Assembly: GCA_963826065.1 (NCBI GenBank)
Contig: CAWGVP010000002.1
Coordinates: forward strand, 1,139,361 to 1,203,360
DNA: 64,000 nt
DNA from: an uncultured Gemmatimonadales bacterium
GTDB taxonomy: Bacteria > Gemmatimonadota > Gemmatimonadetes > Gemmatimonadales > GWC2-71-9
Reading direction: 5' to 3'
The first letter of the stretch is position 1, and every line of letters begins with the position of its first letter. The notes under the pieces are model-generated. The model made no database searches. It was not told the origin of the DNA and worked only from the letters and a program-made list of their open reading frames with translations. This document shows positions 43,854 to 52,489 of the stretch, piece after piece. A program made the translations under genes and the position numbers.

Positions 43854-45317
43854 GTGACCGAGCCACAGCCCCTCCCCCCCGAGCCCTCGCCCGCCGAGAC
43901 CTCGGGCCTGCGCGGCGCGCGGCTGGCGGCCCGGGTCCGGCAGGCGCTTTATAGCCTGTCGGCCGGGGAGCTTGCGACCGTCCACGAGGGGATGCGGCAG
44001 GCGGCCACCGCTCGGCACATGGAGTACTTCCACGACGGCCGGATAGAGCCGATTCGCGTGCTCCCCTGCCCCATCACCCTGCTCCCCGAGCAGCTGCTCT
44101 ACCTGCACTCCGTCACTCGAACGCTGCACCACGCGCTGCTCCGGCTCCCCGAGCTCTACTTCGGCGACCCCGCCGTGCGCTCGCTGATCCCGCTCGACCC
44201 CGCGGAAGACGAATGGCTCCGGGCCTGCTGGACACCCGCGGTCCAGGCCAGGAATCCTGTATTCGACCGGCTGGACTGCATGGTGGACTACGCCAGCCCG
44301 GTGTGGAAGGACACGCTACGGTTCGTAGAGCCCAACCTCACCGGTGTCGGAGGCCTGTACCTCGTACCGGCGGTCGAGGAGGTCGTGGACGGCGTGGTGG
44401 CGCCGATTCTCGTCGAGCGGGACCCCGGCATCCGCCTCACCCGGCTGACCGACGCCCGCACGCTGCTGCTCCGCGAGCTGGTGGAGCACCTGGAGCAGAT
44501 CGGCCGTCCGGGGGGCACCATCTGCCTGGTGGAGCCGAAGTACGAGCTGGAGGGCATCGACGAGCAGCGCCGGCTGGTGGAATACTTCGCCGACCGGCAC
44601 GGCATCCGGGTCCTCCATGCCGACCCGAGCGAGCTCCGGATGCATCGCGACGAGGTGTACTGCGGCGAGCAGCGGGTGGACCTGGTCTACCGGGACTACG
44701 CCGTCCTCGACCTGGTGGAACTGGCGGCGGAAGGCATGGACCCGGAGCCGATGCGGCGGCTGTTTCGGGAGAACCGGGTGGTCTCCTCCATCACGGCGGA
44801 GCTGGACTGCAAGAGCTGCTTCGAGATCCTGACCGACCCGGCGCTGAGCGAGAAGTACTTCAGCGAAGAGGAGCGCCAGGTCTTTCGGCACCACGTCCTG
44901 TGGACCCGCGTGATCCGCGAGCGCAGGACCTCGTTGCCGGGCGGCGAGACGGGCGATCTGCTGGAGTTCGCCCGCCGGGAGCGGGAGTGGCTGGTGCTGA
45001 AGCCGTCGCGGGGCTATGGCGGCGACGGTGTGCTCCTGGGCCAGACTGTGAGCGACGGCGATTGGTGCCGTGCGCTCGACGCCGCGCTGGCCGACGAGGA
45101 GCTGTGGGTGCTCCAGCAGCTGGCGCAGATCCCGGTGGTCGAGGTACCGACCACCATGCCCGACGGCTCGCTCCATCCGGAGACGTTCTACAACGTGATG
45201 GGGTTCGCGTCGAGCGACGAGGCGATCGCGATTCTCGCCCGCGCGTCGCAGCGCCAGGTGGTGAACGTGGCGCAGCATGGGGGCATGGCGGCGGTGATGC
45301 TGGTGGAGGAGCGCTAG
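43854..45317 (+). CDS. Uncharacterised ATP-grasp-like protein (glutathionylspermidine-synthetase / circularly permuted ATP-grasp-like)
   Basis: FDRLDCMVDY..LRFVEPNLTGVGGLY, ICLVEPKYE and WLVLKPSRGYGGDGVLLG resemble pre-ATP-grasp and ATP-grasp elements. GTG start. The assignment is tentative. Confidence 0.5.
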   Translation: MTEPQPLPPEPSPAETSGLRGARLAARVRQALYSLSAGELATVHEGMRQAATARHMEYFHDGRIEPIRVLPCPITLLPEQLLYLHSVTRTLHHALLRLPELYFGDPAVRSLIPLDPAEDEWLRACWTPAVQARNPVFDRLDCMVDYASPVWKDTLRFVEPNLTGVGGLYLVPAVEEVVDGVVAPILVERDPGIRLTRLTDARTLLLRELVEHLEQIGRPGGTICLVEPKYELEGIDEQRRLVEYFADRHGIRVLHADPSELRMHRDEVYCGEQRVDLVYRDYAVLDLVELAAEGMDPEPMRRLFRENRVVSSITAELDCKSCFEILTDPALSEKYFSEEERQVFRHHVLWTRVIRERRTSLPGGETGDLLEFARREREWLVLKPSRGYGGDGVLLGQTVSDGDWCRALDAALADEELWVLQQLAQIPVVEVPTTMPDGSLHPETFYNVMGFASSDEAIAILARASQRQVVNVAQHGGMAAVMLVEER

Positions 45318-47170
45318 CCGGCCACCACATACGCCTCCATCGCGAAGTATTCGGCCAGGCCGAGCTTGTCCAGCTCCGAGGCGGTTCCCTTGTTCCGGGC
45401 CTCCACCCGCTGCCAGAACTCCCGCTCGTCCGGCCCCGGGAACGGCGCGGTGTCCTTCTGTGACTGGTGCTTGAAGATCGCCTGGATCTTGAGCCGCAGC
45501 TCCTCCTGGGAGAGCGGCACCAGCCAGGTGGCCTCGGTCACCCCCCACTCCTGCCACGCCCCGCGGTAGAGCCACACCTCGGGCCGGGGCATCCCGGCCG
45601 CGACGCTCTGCTCCAGCGCGAGGTCGATCGCCTCCTTGCACATCCGGTGGGTGCCGTGCGGGTCCGACAGGTCACCGGCGACGAAGATGAGCACCGGCCG
45701 CAGCCCCTCGAGCAGGTCGCGCACGATGGCCACGTCCGCCGGACCGATGGGATCCTTCCGCACCTTGCCCGTCTGGTAGAACGGCAGGTCGAGAAACCGG
45801 GCAGCGCCTTCTCCGAGGCCCAGCGTCCGCAGGCCCGCGACCGCCTCGGACTCCCGGATCATCCGCTTGATGTCGCGTACCTCCTCGATGTCCACGTCGC
45901 CCGGGCGCTTGGCGGCGAGGAACTCCTCGACCCGGCCGACCAGGTGGGTGACGGCGCGCTCCGCGATGCCCTGCTCGCCGGCCACCCGTCCCAGAAAATC
46001 CAGGTGGCGGCGGACGTCGTGATCGAACACCGCGATGTTGCCGCTGGTCATGTAGGCGACGGTGATCGCATTCTCGTTCTCGACCAGCTTCCGGAGAATC
46101 CCGCCCATCGAGATCACGTCGTCGTCGGGATGCGGGGAGAAACAGATGATCCGCTGGCCGCGCGGCAGCTTCGAGCGTCCCCGGATCTTGGCGCCGAGGG
46201 CGTTGAAGACCAGCCCGTTCAGGGCGCCCGGGGTGCCGTAGGCCGCCACCAGGGAGGAGAGCCGGTGCTCGGAGTAGTCCCGCTGGGTGAGCTTGAGGAT
46301 CGCCTTCTGGGTCTGCCGTGAGAGCCAGGTGACGGCGCTGACCGCGAGCGGTGTGGTCCACTGCACCGCGCCCAGGAGCCATGGCGTCGCCACCCGGGTC
46401 AGATACGCACCGGCGGCGCCGTCCACGTAGAACGTGGTGGTTGGGTGCCGCTGGAGGAACGTGGCGGCCACCTCGTGATCCACCTCGCCTTCGACCGCGC
46501 GCCGGACGATGTACGCCTTGTGCTCGCCGGTCGCGAGAATCAGGGTCTCGCGCGCCTCGAGGATGGTCGCGACCCCCATGGTGATCGCCTCGCGCGGGAC
46601 GTTCTCCTCACCGAAGAAGTCGGCCGCGCCGTCCTTGCGAGTGACGAGGTCGAGGGTGATGAGGCGGGTGCGGCTCTCCAGCCCGGAGCCGGGCTCGTTG
46701 AACCCGATGTGCCCGGTGCGCCCGATGCCGAGGAGCTGGAGATCGATGCCGCCGGCGGCCCGGATCGCGTCCTCGTAGCGGCGGCATTCGTCGTCCACCC
46801 GGTCGCGGGGGACGTCGCCGCGGGGGATGTGGATGTTCTCCCGACGGATGTCGAGCTGGGCGAAGAGATTCTCCCACATGAACCGATGGTAGGAGTGGAT
46901 GCTCCCCGGCTCCATCGGGTAGTACTCGTCCAGGTTGAAGGTGACGACGTGGCGGAAGCTCAGCCCTTCCTGGCGGTGCATCCGCACCAGCTCCCGGTAG
47001 ACCCCGACCGGCGTGGAGCCGGTGGCGAGCCCCAGCACGGCCGGCTTTCCCTGGGCCGCCCGCTCGCGCACCAGGCGGGCGATCCGCGCCGCGACCAGCC
47101 GGCCGAGCTCGTCGTGGTCGGTGACGATGACGGTGGGAATGCGCTCGAGGGAGGTGGCGTTGGAGGTCAT
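45314..47170 (-). CDS. nagB: Long-form glucosamine-6-phosphate deaminase (NagB domain fused to an LmbE/PIG-L-like domain)
   Basis: LGLATGSTPVGVY, FNLDEY and LGIGRTGHIGFNEPGS identify NagB. ICFSPHPDDDVISMGG identifies PIG-L. Confidence 0.88.
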   Translation of the reverse strand: MTSNATSLERIPTVIVTDHDELGRLVAARIARLVRERAAQGKPAVLGLATGSTPVGVYRELVRMHRQEGLSFRHVVTFNLDEYYPMEPGSIHSYHRFMWENLFAQLDIRRENIHIPRGDVPRDRVDDECRRYEDAIRAAGGIDLQLLGIGRTGHIGFNEPGSGLESRTRLITLDLVTRKDGAADFFGEENVPREAITMGVATILEARETLILATGEHKAYIVRRAVEGEVDHEVAATFLQRHPTTTFYVDGAAGAYLTRVATPWLLGAVQWTTPLAVSAVTWLSRQTQKAILKLTQRDYSEHRLSSLVAAYGTPGALNGLVFNALGAKIRGRSKLPRGQRIICFSPHPDDDVISMGGILRKLVENENAITVAYMTSGNIAVFDHDVRRHLDFLGRVAGEQGIAERAVTHLVGRVEEFLAAKRPGDVDIEEVRDIKRMIRESEAVAGLRTLGLGEGAARFLDLPFYQTGKVRKDPIGPADVAIVRDLLEGLRPVLIFVAGDLSDPHGTHRMCKEAIDLALEQSVAAGMPRPEVWLYRGAWQEWGVTEATWLVPLSQEELRLKIQAIFKHQSQKDTAPFPGPDEREFWQRVEARNKGTASELDKLGLAEYFAMEAYVVAG

Positions 47171-47353
47171 CTCTTCGTGCGAAAGTAGGAGACGCGGGGC
47201 GGGGAGACAACTGCCGCCTACATCGGCTCCACCTGAATCGTCGCCGAGGTCCGCCCGGTCCGAGTGACCAACTTGAGGTGACTTGGCTCACCACGGCCCG
47301 GAGGCGGTGCTCCGCATCTTCGGTGGACCTCATTTTCGGCAGGGACCAGCACC

Positions 47354-48289
47354 GTGGGTATCGCGAGACCCGAGCACCGAGTGGCCGGGAGCACCATCCC
47401 CGTCTACGTGAATCCCGCCGCCGGCAGCGCGAAGGCCGCGCTCGCGGCGCTGGACGAGCATTCCGGCTTCGACGTGCGGCTCACGCCACCCGAGCGGCTC
47501 GCGGTGGCGCTTCGCCAGGCGGTCAGCGCGGGGGAGCCCAGGGTGCTGGTCGCGGGGGGCGATGGCACCATCGCCTCCGCGGCGGCCATCCTGACGGGCT
47601 CGGACACCGCGCTCGCGGTGCTCCCCGGCGGCACGCTGAATCACTTCGCCCGGAGTTATGGCATCCCCACCGACCTCGAGGACGCGCTGAAGGTGGCGAC
47701 CGGGGGCCGGGAGACCCGGGTGGACGTCGGCTACGTCAACGAGCGGCTCTTCTTGAACACCAGCTCGGTCGGGGCCTACGTGCGATTCGTGGAGACCCGT
47801 GACCGGCTGGAACGCCATCTCGGCTACTGGGCGGCCAGCCTCGTCGCGGGGCTGCGGATGATCGGCAGCGTACGATCCAGCCGGGTGACGGTGGAGGTCG
47901 AGGGCGAGAGGCGGGATTACATCGCGCCTCTCGCCTTCATCGCGGTCGGCGAGCGAATCCTGGTGCCCCCGAAGCTCGGACAGCCGGTCGGCAAGCCGGG
48001 CGGGGCGCTGCACGTGGTGATCCCGCGCGGCAGGCGGCAGGCGCGTCGGTTCGCTCGCGCGTACTCGAGGATGGACCGGGGGATGTCCGCGGAGAAGCAG
48101 GCGCTCGGCCTCGACAGCGCGCTGGTGGACCGGCTGCGGCTCGACCTTTCACGGCCTACCGTGAAGGTCGCGGTGGACGGGGAGATCGTCCGCCAGCGAA
48201 CGCCGTTGGAGTATCGGCTGGAACGCGGCGCGCTGAGCCTGGTGGTGCCGCGGGAGGAGGGCGAGGGAATGGGTAGCGCTGGGGAGTGA
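47354..48289 (+). CDS. Diacylglycerol/lipid kinase family protein (YegS/LCB5-like)
   Basis: VNPAAGSAKA, VLVAGGDGTIASAA and LAVLPGGTLNHFAR. GTG start; alternative GTG at 47381. Confidence 0.85.
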   Translation: MGIARPEHRVAGSTIPVYVNPAAGSAKAALAALDEHSGFDVRLTPPERLAVALRQAVSAGEPRVLVAGGDGTIASAAAILTGSDTALAVLPGGTLNHFARSYGIPTDLEDALKVATGGRETRVDVGYVNERLFLNTSSVGAYVRFVETRDRLERHLGYWAASLVAGLRMIGSVRSSRVTVEVEGERRDYIAPLAFIAVGERILVPPKLGQPVGKPGGALHVVIPRGRRQARRFARAYSRMDRGMSAEKQALGLDSALVDRLRLDLSRPTVKVAVDGEIVRQRTPLEYRLERGALSLVVPREEGEGMGSAGE

Positions 48290-48305
48290 GGGAAGCGTTC
48301 ATGCC

Positions 48306-49634
48306 CTACCCCGCTCGACCTTCCTCCACTTTACTCCTCCGCATCCAGATCCAGTGTACCAGACCCGCCAGCAGCGTCCCGGCCAGCACGGCGACCTCCC
48401 GCTGGCTCATCCTCAGCGCCAGCACGGCCGAGAAGGACAGGCCGAGCGCCGCGACCGCCGGGCCCGCGGGGATCCGGAACCAGGCGGGCTCGACGCCGGC
48501 GCGCCCCGCACTCTCCTGGCGCCTCAGCACCACCAAGGCGACGGATACCGCCCCGTACGTCAGGAGCCTCGACACCGCGGAGAGCGTCAGGTTCTGGATG
48601 AAGGTCCCCGCCGCGGCAAGGGCCCAAACCGCCGCGGCGAAGAGCATCACCGACACATGCGGGGTACGAAACCTCGGATGCACCGCACCCAGCTTCGGCG
48701 GCAGATCGCCCTCCGCCGCCATGGCGTAGGTGAGCCGCGGCACGTTGACCATGGAGGCGGCCAGGTAGCCGTAGACCGAGACCAGGGCTCCCGCAGCCAT
48801 CAGCCCGGCTCCGAGCGGGCCGAGGAGCACCTGCGCAGCCGCGGCGAGGGGCCGGTCGCTGGCCGCGGGATCGGCGAGCACCGCGATCACGACCACCTGG
48901 ACCAGGGTATAGAGTAGCGCGCAGAGTCCCAGCGCCGTGAAGAGCGCCAGTGGCGCGTCTCGCCGGGGGTTCTTGGCCTCCCCCAAGGGCAGAAGGGCCG
49001 ACTCGAAGCCGCCGTAGGCGAACACCAGGAGCAGGATGGCCTCCAGCCAGGCGGCGGCATCCGGCCGCTCCACCGGAGGCGACACCTGCACCTCGCCGCC
49101 CGTTCCGATCACGGCCAGCCCGGCGACGACAAACAGCACCAGCGGTACCAGCTTCGCGGCCGCGAACGCGCTGCTGGTGGTCACCCCACCGCGTATGCCT
49201 CGATAGTTGGCGGCGGCGAGCGGCAGGAGCACCGCGGCGAGCAATACCCGCGACTCCAGCGGGCCGGTTGCCCGAGGCCAGAACTCCGCCAGATAGATGA
49301 TGAAGAGGTTCGCGTTGGTGGCCGCCGCCGTGAGCCGGACGAGATAGGTGAGCCAGGCCATCTCGATCCCGGCCAGCCGTCCGAACGCGACCCGGGCGTA
49401 GAGATAGGTCCCTCCCGCCCGGCTGAAGCGGCTCGCCACCTCGGCGAACGCGGCCACCACCAGGGTCATGCCGAGCGCGGCGACGATCCACGCCCAGGGA
49501 CTCGCGCCGCCGAGCCGCCCGCCGATGACGGAGGGAAGGCCAAAGACACTGCTCCCGATGACGGAATTGAGGACCAGCCCCGTGAGCGCGAGCCGGCCGA
49601 TGGCCTTCGGAAGCGTCGAACCGGTGTCGCTCAG
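48306..49634 (-). CDS. APC-superfamily amino acid permease
   Basis: The track ORF starts at ATG 49469, inside the protein. The in-frame upstream codons encode the conserved TM1 (LTGLVLNSVIGSSVFGLPS). The only available start is CTG 49634, overlapping the upstream TGA (see findings). Confidence 0.85.
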   Translation of the reverse strand: MSDTGSTLPKAIGRLALTGLVLNSVIGSSVFGLPSVIGGRLGGASPWAWIVAALGMTLVVAAFAEVASRFSRAGGTYLYARVAFGRLAGIEMAWLTYLVRLTAAATNANLFIIYLAEFWPRATGPLESRVLLAAVLLPLAAANYRGIRGGVTTSSAFAAAKLVPLVLFVVAGLAVIGTGGEVQVSPPVERPDAAAWLEAILLLVFAYGGFESALLPLGEAKNPRRDAPLALFTALGLCALLYTLVQVVVIAVLADPAASDRPLAAAAQVLLGPLGAGLMAAGALVSVYGYLAASMVNVPRLTYAMAAEGDLPPKLGAVHPRFRTPHVSVMLFAAAVWALAAAGTFIQNLTLSAVSRLLTYGAVSVALVVLRRQESAGRAGVEPAWFRIPAGPAVAALGLSFSAVLALRMSQREVAVLAGTLLAGLVHWIWMRRSKVEEGRAG

Positions 49635-50437
49635 CGGCTCAACAGTCCAGCGTCGAGGATCAGCGGGGCGCCGGTCATGTACCGGGCACGGTCAGAGGCG
49701 AGGTAGAGCACGGCGGCGGCCACGTCTTCCGGCTCGATCCAGGGCACCGGAAGAAGATTCCCGGCGGAGCGCTCGGCGATCTCCCGCGGGCTCAGGCCCT
49801 CCAGCTCCGCCAGCCCGTCGTTCATCGGCGTGTTCACCCCCGTGGGGTGGATGGAGTTCACCCGGATGCCGTGCGGGGCCAGCTCGATCGCCCACGATTT
49901 GGTGAGCCCGGTGAGACCCCATTTGGAGGCGGCGTAGTGGCTGAGTCGTCCCATCCCCCGGAGCCCGGCGACCGACGAGTTGTTGATGATGACGCCGGAC
50001 CGCTGGCGGATCATCGCCGGGATGACCCGACGCCCGACCAGCCAGGGTCCCTTGAGATTGATGTCGAGCATCGCGTCCCACGCGTCCTCCGTCAGCTCGT
50101 GGGACAGACCGTAGGCGCAGATCCCCGCGTTGTTGAACAGGATGTCGATCCGGCCGAACCGCTCGATCGTCCGTTCCACCGCCACCGTGACGTCGGCGTC
50201 GTTCCGCACGTCGCCCGCGAAGGTGAGACACTCACTGCCCGCCTCTCCACAGGCCGCGGCGAGCGACTCCAGATCGTCGCGCGATCCCATCCCGTAGCCG
50301 GGATATTCGAGCGGCCTGGCGACATCGAACGCCGCGATCCTGGCGCCCTCTCGGGCCAGCGCGATCGCCGTGGCCCGACCCTGCCCGTGGGCGGCGCCGG
50401 TGATGAAGGCCACCTTCCCGGCGAACTCACCCGCCAT
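49631..50437 (-). CDS. SDR family oxidoreductase (carveol-dehydrogenase-like subgroup)
   Basis: ITGAAHGQGRATA, NNAG, YAASKWG and the insertion PLEYPGYGMGSRDDL. Confidence 0.88.
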   Translation of the reverse strand: MAGEFAGKVAFITGAAHGQGRATAIALAREGARIAAFDVARPLEYPGYGMGSRDDLESLAAACGEAGSECLTFAGDVRNDADVTVAVERTIERFGRIDILFNNAGICAYGLSHELTEDAWDAMLDINLKGPWLVGRRVIPAMIRQRSGVIINNSSVAGLRGMGRLSHYAASKWGLTGLTKSWAIELAPHGIRVNSIHPTGVNTPMNDGLAELEGLSPREIAERSAGNLLPVPWIEPEDVAAAVLYLASDRARYMTGAPLILDAGLLSR

Positions 50438-50975
50438 GGCTGCTCTCCGCCGGCTCCCGACGATAGGGGTGCAGGTACTCGTCGAGGTCCACCTCGAGCG
50501 CGTTGTTGAAGACGTTGGTCGCCACCATGATCGCCCCGAAGGCGGTGAGGGCCGTCATCTGCCCGGCGTCGAAGTGCCCGGCCACCCGGTCGTACACCTC
50601 CGGCGGAACCCGGAACGGCGACTGCGCCAGCCGGCGGCCGTATTCGACGACCGCGGCCTCGCGGTCGTCCAGCGTCAGCCGATCCGGGTCCTGGCCTTCC
50701 TCGATCAGGATCCGCCGAAAGAACGTGGAGCAGATGAGGCAATCGGTCTCGGCGGAGATCACATGGGCGAAGAGTACGGTGAGCCGGGGCCCGAGAAACG
50801 GCTGGACGGTGTCGCGGAGGGGATACCACTCCATCAGCGCGTGGAATGCCGGAAGCGAGTTGAGCAGGGTGCGCTTCATGTTGGTGATGCGCGCATGGCG
50901 CCGGATGTGGTCGTCGTGCGCCGCGCGGACTTCCGGCGCGGCGGTCTCGTAGTCGATCTGGGGGACTCTCGGCAC
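50427..50975 (-). CDS. Carboxymuconolactone decarboxylase (AhpD-like) family protein
   Basis: CxxC motif in AETDCLICSTFF. Start is probably GTG 50975 (VPRVPQIDYETAAPEV); the track start is 51005. Its stop overlaps the SDR start by 11 nt. Confidence 0.75.
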   Translation of the reverse strand: MPRVPQIDYETAAPEVRAAHDDHIRRHARITNMKRTLLNSLPAFHALMEWYPLRDTVQPFLGPRLTVLFAHVISAETDCLICSTFFRRILIEEGQDPDRLTLDDREAAVVEYGRRLAQSPFRVPPEVYDRVAGHFDAGQMTALTAFGAIMVATNVFNNALEVDLDEYLHPYRREPAESSHGG

Positions 50976-51130
50976 GTGGGCGCTCCACTGGGTGTGACCC
51001 TGCAATCTACTCCGGACCCGAGTATGGCCACCGTGCCGGCGCCTCGGAAGCTTGACAGTCGCCCGGTGAGGCGGTAATTCGGGCCAGTGGTTCCTGATCG
51101 CGCCGTTCCCCTCATCGTCGGAGGTGGTAC

Positions 51131-51601
51131 ATGGACGCGCTTGTGGCCTTGGCTCTCAGCATCGGGGTGCTCATCGCCGGTTGGACCTATCTCGCGCTCG
51201 GCGTCGCGGCTTTGCCGGTCTGGGCCGGCATCGTCGCGTGGGGCTGCTTTTTCGCGGCGGGAGGCAAGACCACTGGCCTGGCGAAGACGATCGCCTCGAA
51301 CCTCTCGGGAGTCCTCTGGGCCTTCCTCGCGCTCTATCTGTGGAACCGCTTCGGCGGCGGCGTGCCCATGCTCTCGCTCCTCGTCGGCATCGCCGCGTTC
51401 ATCATGGTGATCCAGGCCAAGATCCCGGCGCTGTCGTTCATCCCGGGGGCGTTCCTCGGCGCCGCGACGGCGGTGAGCGTTGTAGTGGGGGCCAATGGGA
51501 CCTACACCAACACCATCATCGCGCTGGTAGCGGGCGCCCTGTTCGGCTACCTCTCCGAGATGCTCGCGGGAGCCCTGGGTCCGAAGAGCGCGACGGCGTA
51601 G
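51131..51601 (+). CDS. DUF1097 (YcdZ-like) inner-membrane protein
   Basis: WAGIVAWGCFFAAGG and FIMVIQAKIPALSFIPGAFLGAAT resemble E. coli YcdZ. Confidence 0.75.
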   Translation: MDALVALALSIGVLIAGWTYLALGVAALPVWAGIVAWGCFFAAGGKTTGLAKTIASNLSGVLWAFLALYLWNRFGGGVPMLSLLVGIAAFIMVIQAKIPALSFIPGAFLGAATAVSVVVGANGTYTNTIIALVAGALFGYLSEMLAGALGPKSATA

Positions 51602-51628
51602 AGACCTCGTCACACCGATCGTACCGGT

Positions 51629-51693
51629 GTCACTCTGAGGGAAGCGAAGAGGGCCATGCTGAAGATGGTCCCCTTCGCTGCGCTCAGGGTGAC
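51629..51693. repeat. REP/MITE-like palindromic element, copy f
   Basis: GTCACTCTGAGGGAAGCGAAGAGGGCC..GGTCCCCTTCGCTGCGCTCAGGGTGAC. Its right arm overlaps the last 10 nt of the AAC(3)-like gene. Confidence 0.88.
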
Positions 51694-52484
51694 ACCCATT
51701 CACTCCGGTCGAGGCCGCTGCTCCGCGCCTCGTCGCACTCCGCGCATCCGGCGCCGGGCGAATGGAGGAACACCAGCGGGTCGCGGCTCAGATGCTCCAG
51801 AGCGACCCGAACGACATCCCGCGCCCGCGCCAGACGCGCCTGCGCATGTCCCACCGATCCCTGCGACTGCAGGCCCTGCTCGCTCAACCATCCGTCCACC
51901 AGCGCGAACCGGGCACAACAGTGGTCGTTCTCCCGGTACTCGACCCGCACCGGCCGGCCTACACGCATCACGATGCAGTGGCGCGGGAGGCGGTAGGGTA
52001 CGCCCGCGAGGATCTCCGCCAGGTGGATGGTGGTGTCGGCATCGTGACCGACACCCAGAAGGAGCACCTGGCCGTCCAGCTCGTGCACCCGCCCTACCGG
52101 GCTCTCGGGGATGTGAGGCGGGAGCGGGAGCGGGTCGGCGGTGATCAGATCCGCCTGAGGCCCGGCCGCGGCGAAGGCGAAGGGATGGGAGCTGCGAGCC
52201 ACCCCGGGCAGCCGCCAGAACGTCTCGGGCACGATGCCGAGATCGGGGGCCGCGAGAGTGGACGTCGGGTCGAACGGCTCGTCATCGCTCCCGGACCACG
52301 ACGGCATCACCAGCGTGCCTCGTGGACCGAGAGCATCTTGGAGCGCCTGGATGAGACCCATCGGCCCGCCCTCGACAGGGCGCACCGCGCGGAAGGACGA
52401 GTGCACCAGCAGGACACCGCCCGGCTGCACGCCGAGTTTCCGGAGCTGGTGGGTCACCTCGGCCGCGCCGAGGGGAGTCTGCAC
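51684..52484 (-). CDS. AAC(3)-family aminoglycoside N-acetyltransferase homolog
   Basis: Real part of track ORF 51684..53336: LRKLGVQPGGVLLVHSSFRAV..GTLVMPSWS..GIVPETF..RSSHPFAFAAAGP..LLLGVGHDADTTIHLAE. GTG 52484 lies 5 nt after the upstream stop; an in-frame CTG at 52493 is also possible. Confidence 0.82.
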   Translation of the reverse strand: MQTPLGAAEVTHQLRKLGVQPGGVLLVHSSFRAVRPVEGGPMGLIQALQDALGPRGTLVMPSWSGSDDEPFDPTSTLAAPDLGIVPETFWRLPGVARSSHPFAFAAAGPQADLITADPLPLPPHIPESPVGRVHELDGQVLLLGVGHDADTTIHLAEILAGVPYRLPRHCIVMRVGRPVRVEYRENDHCCARFALVDGWLSEQGLQSQGSVGHAQARLARARDVVRVALEHLSRDPLVFLHSPGAGCAECDEARSSGLDRSEWVSP

Positions 52485-52489
52485 CCGGG

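Noticed and set aside
47230-47300. Imperfect inverted repeat GTGACCAA-N11-TTGGCTCAC in the nagB / DAG-kinase divergent region, as a possible sugar-regulator operator
   Set aside because: The arms are short at 8 bp and need a 1-nt bulge. No regulator gene is adjacent and the motif has no second occurrence in the window. It is not distinguishable from chance.
51684-52484. AAC(3) gene as part of an acquired resistance island
   Set aside because: Its GC content and codon usage are indistinguishable by eye from the neighbouring genes. There is no integrase, transposase, attC-like site or flanking direct repeats apart from the ubiquitous REP copy.
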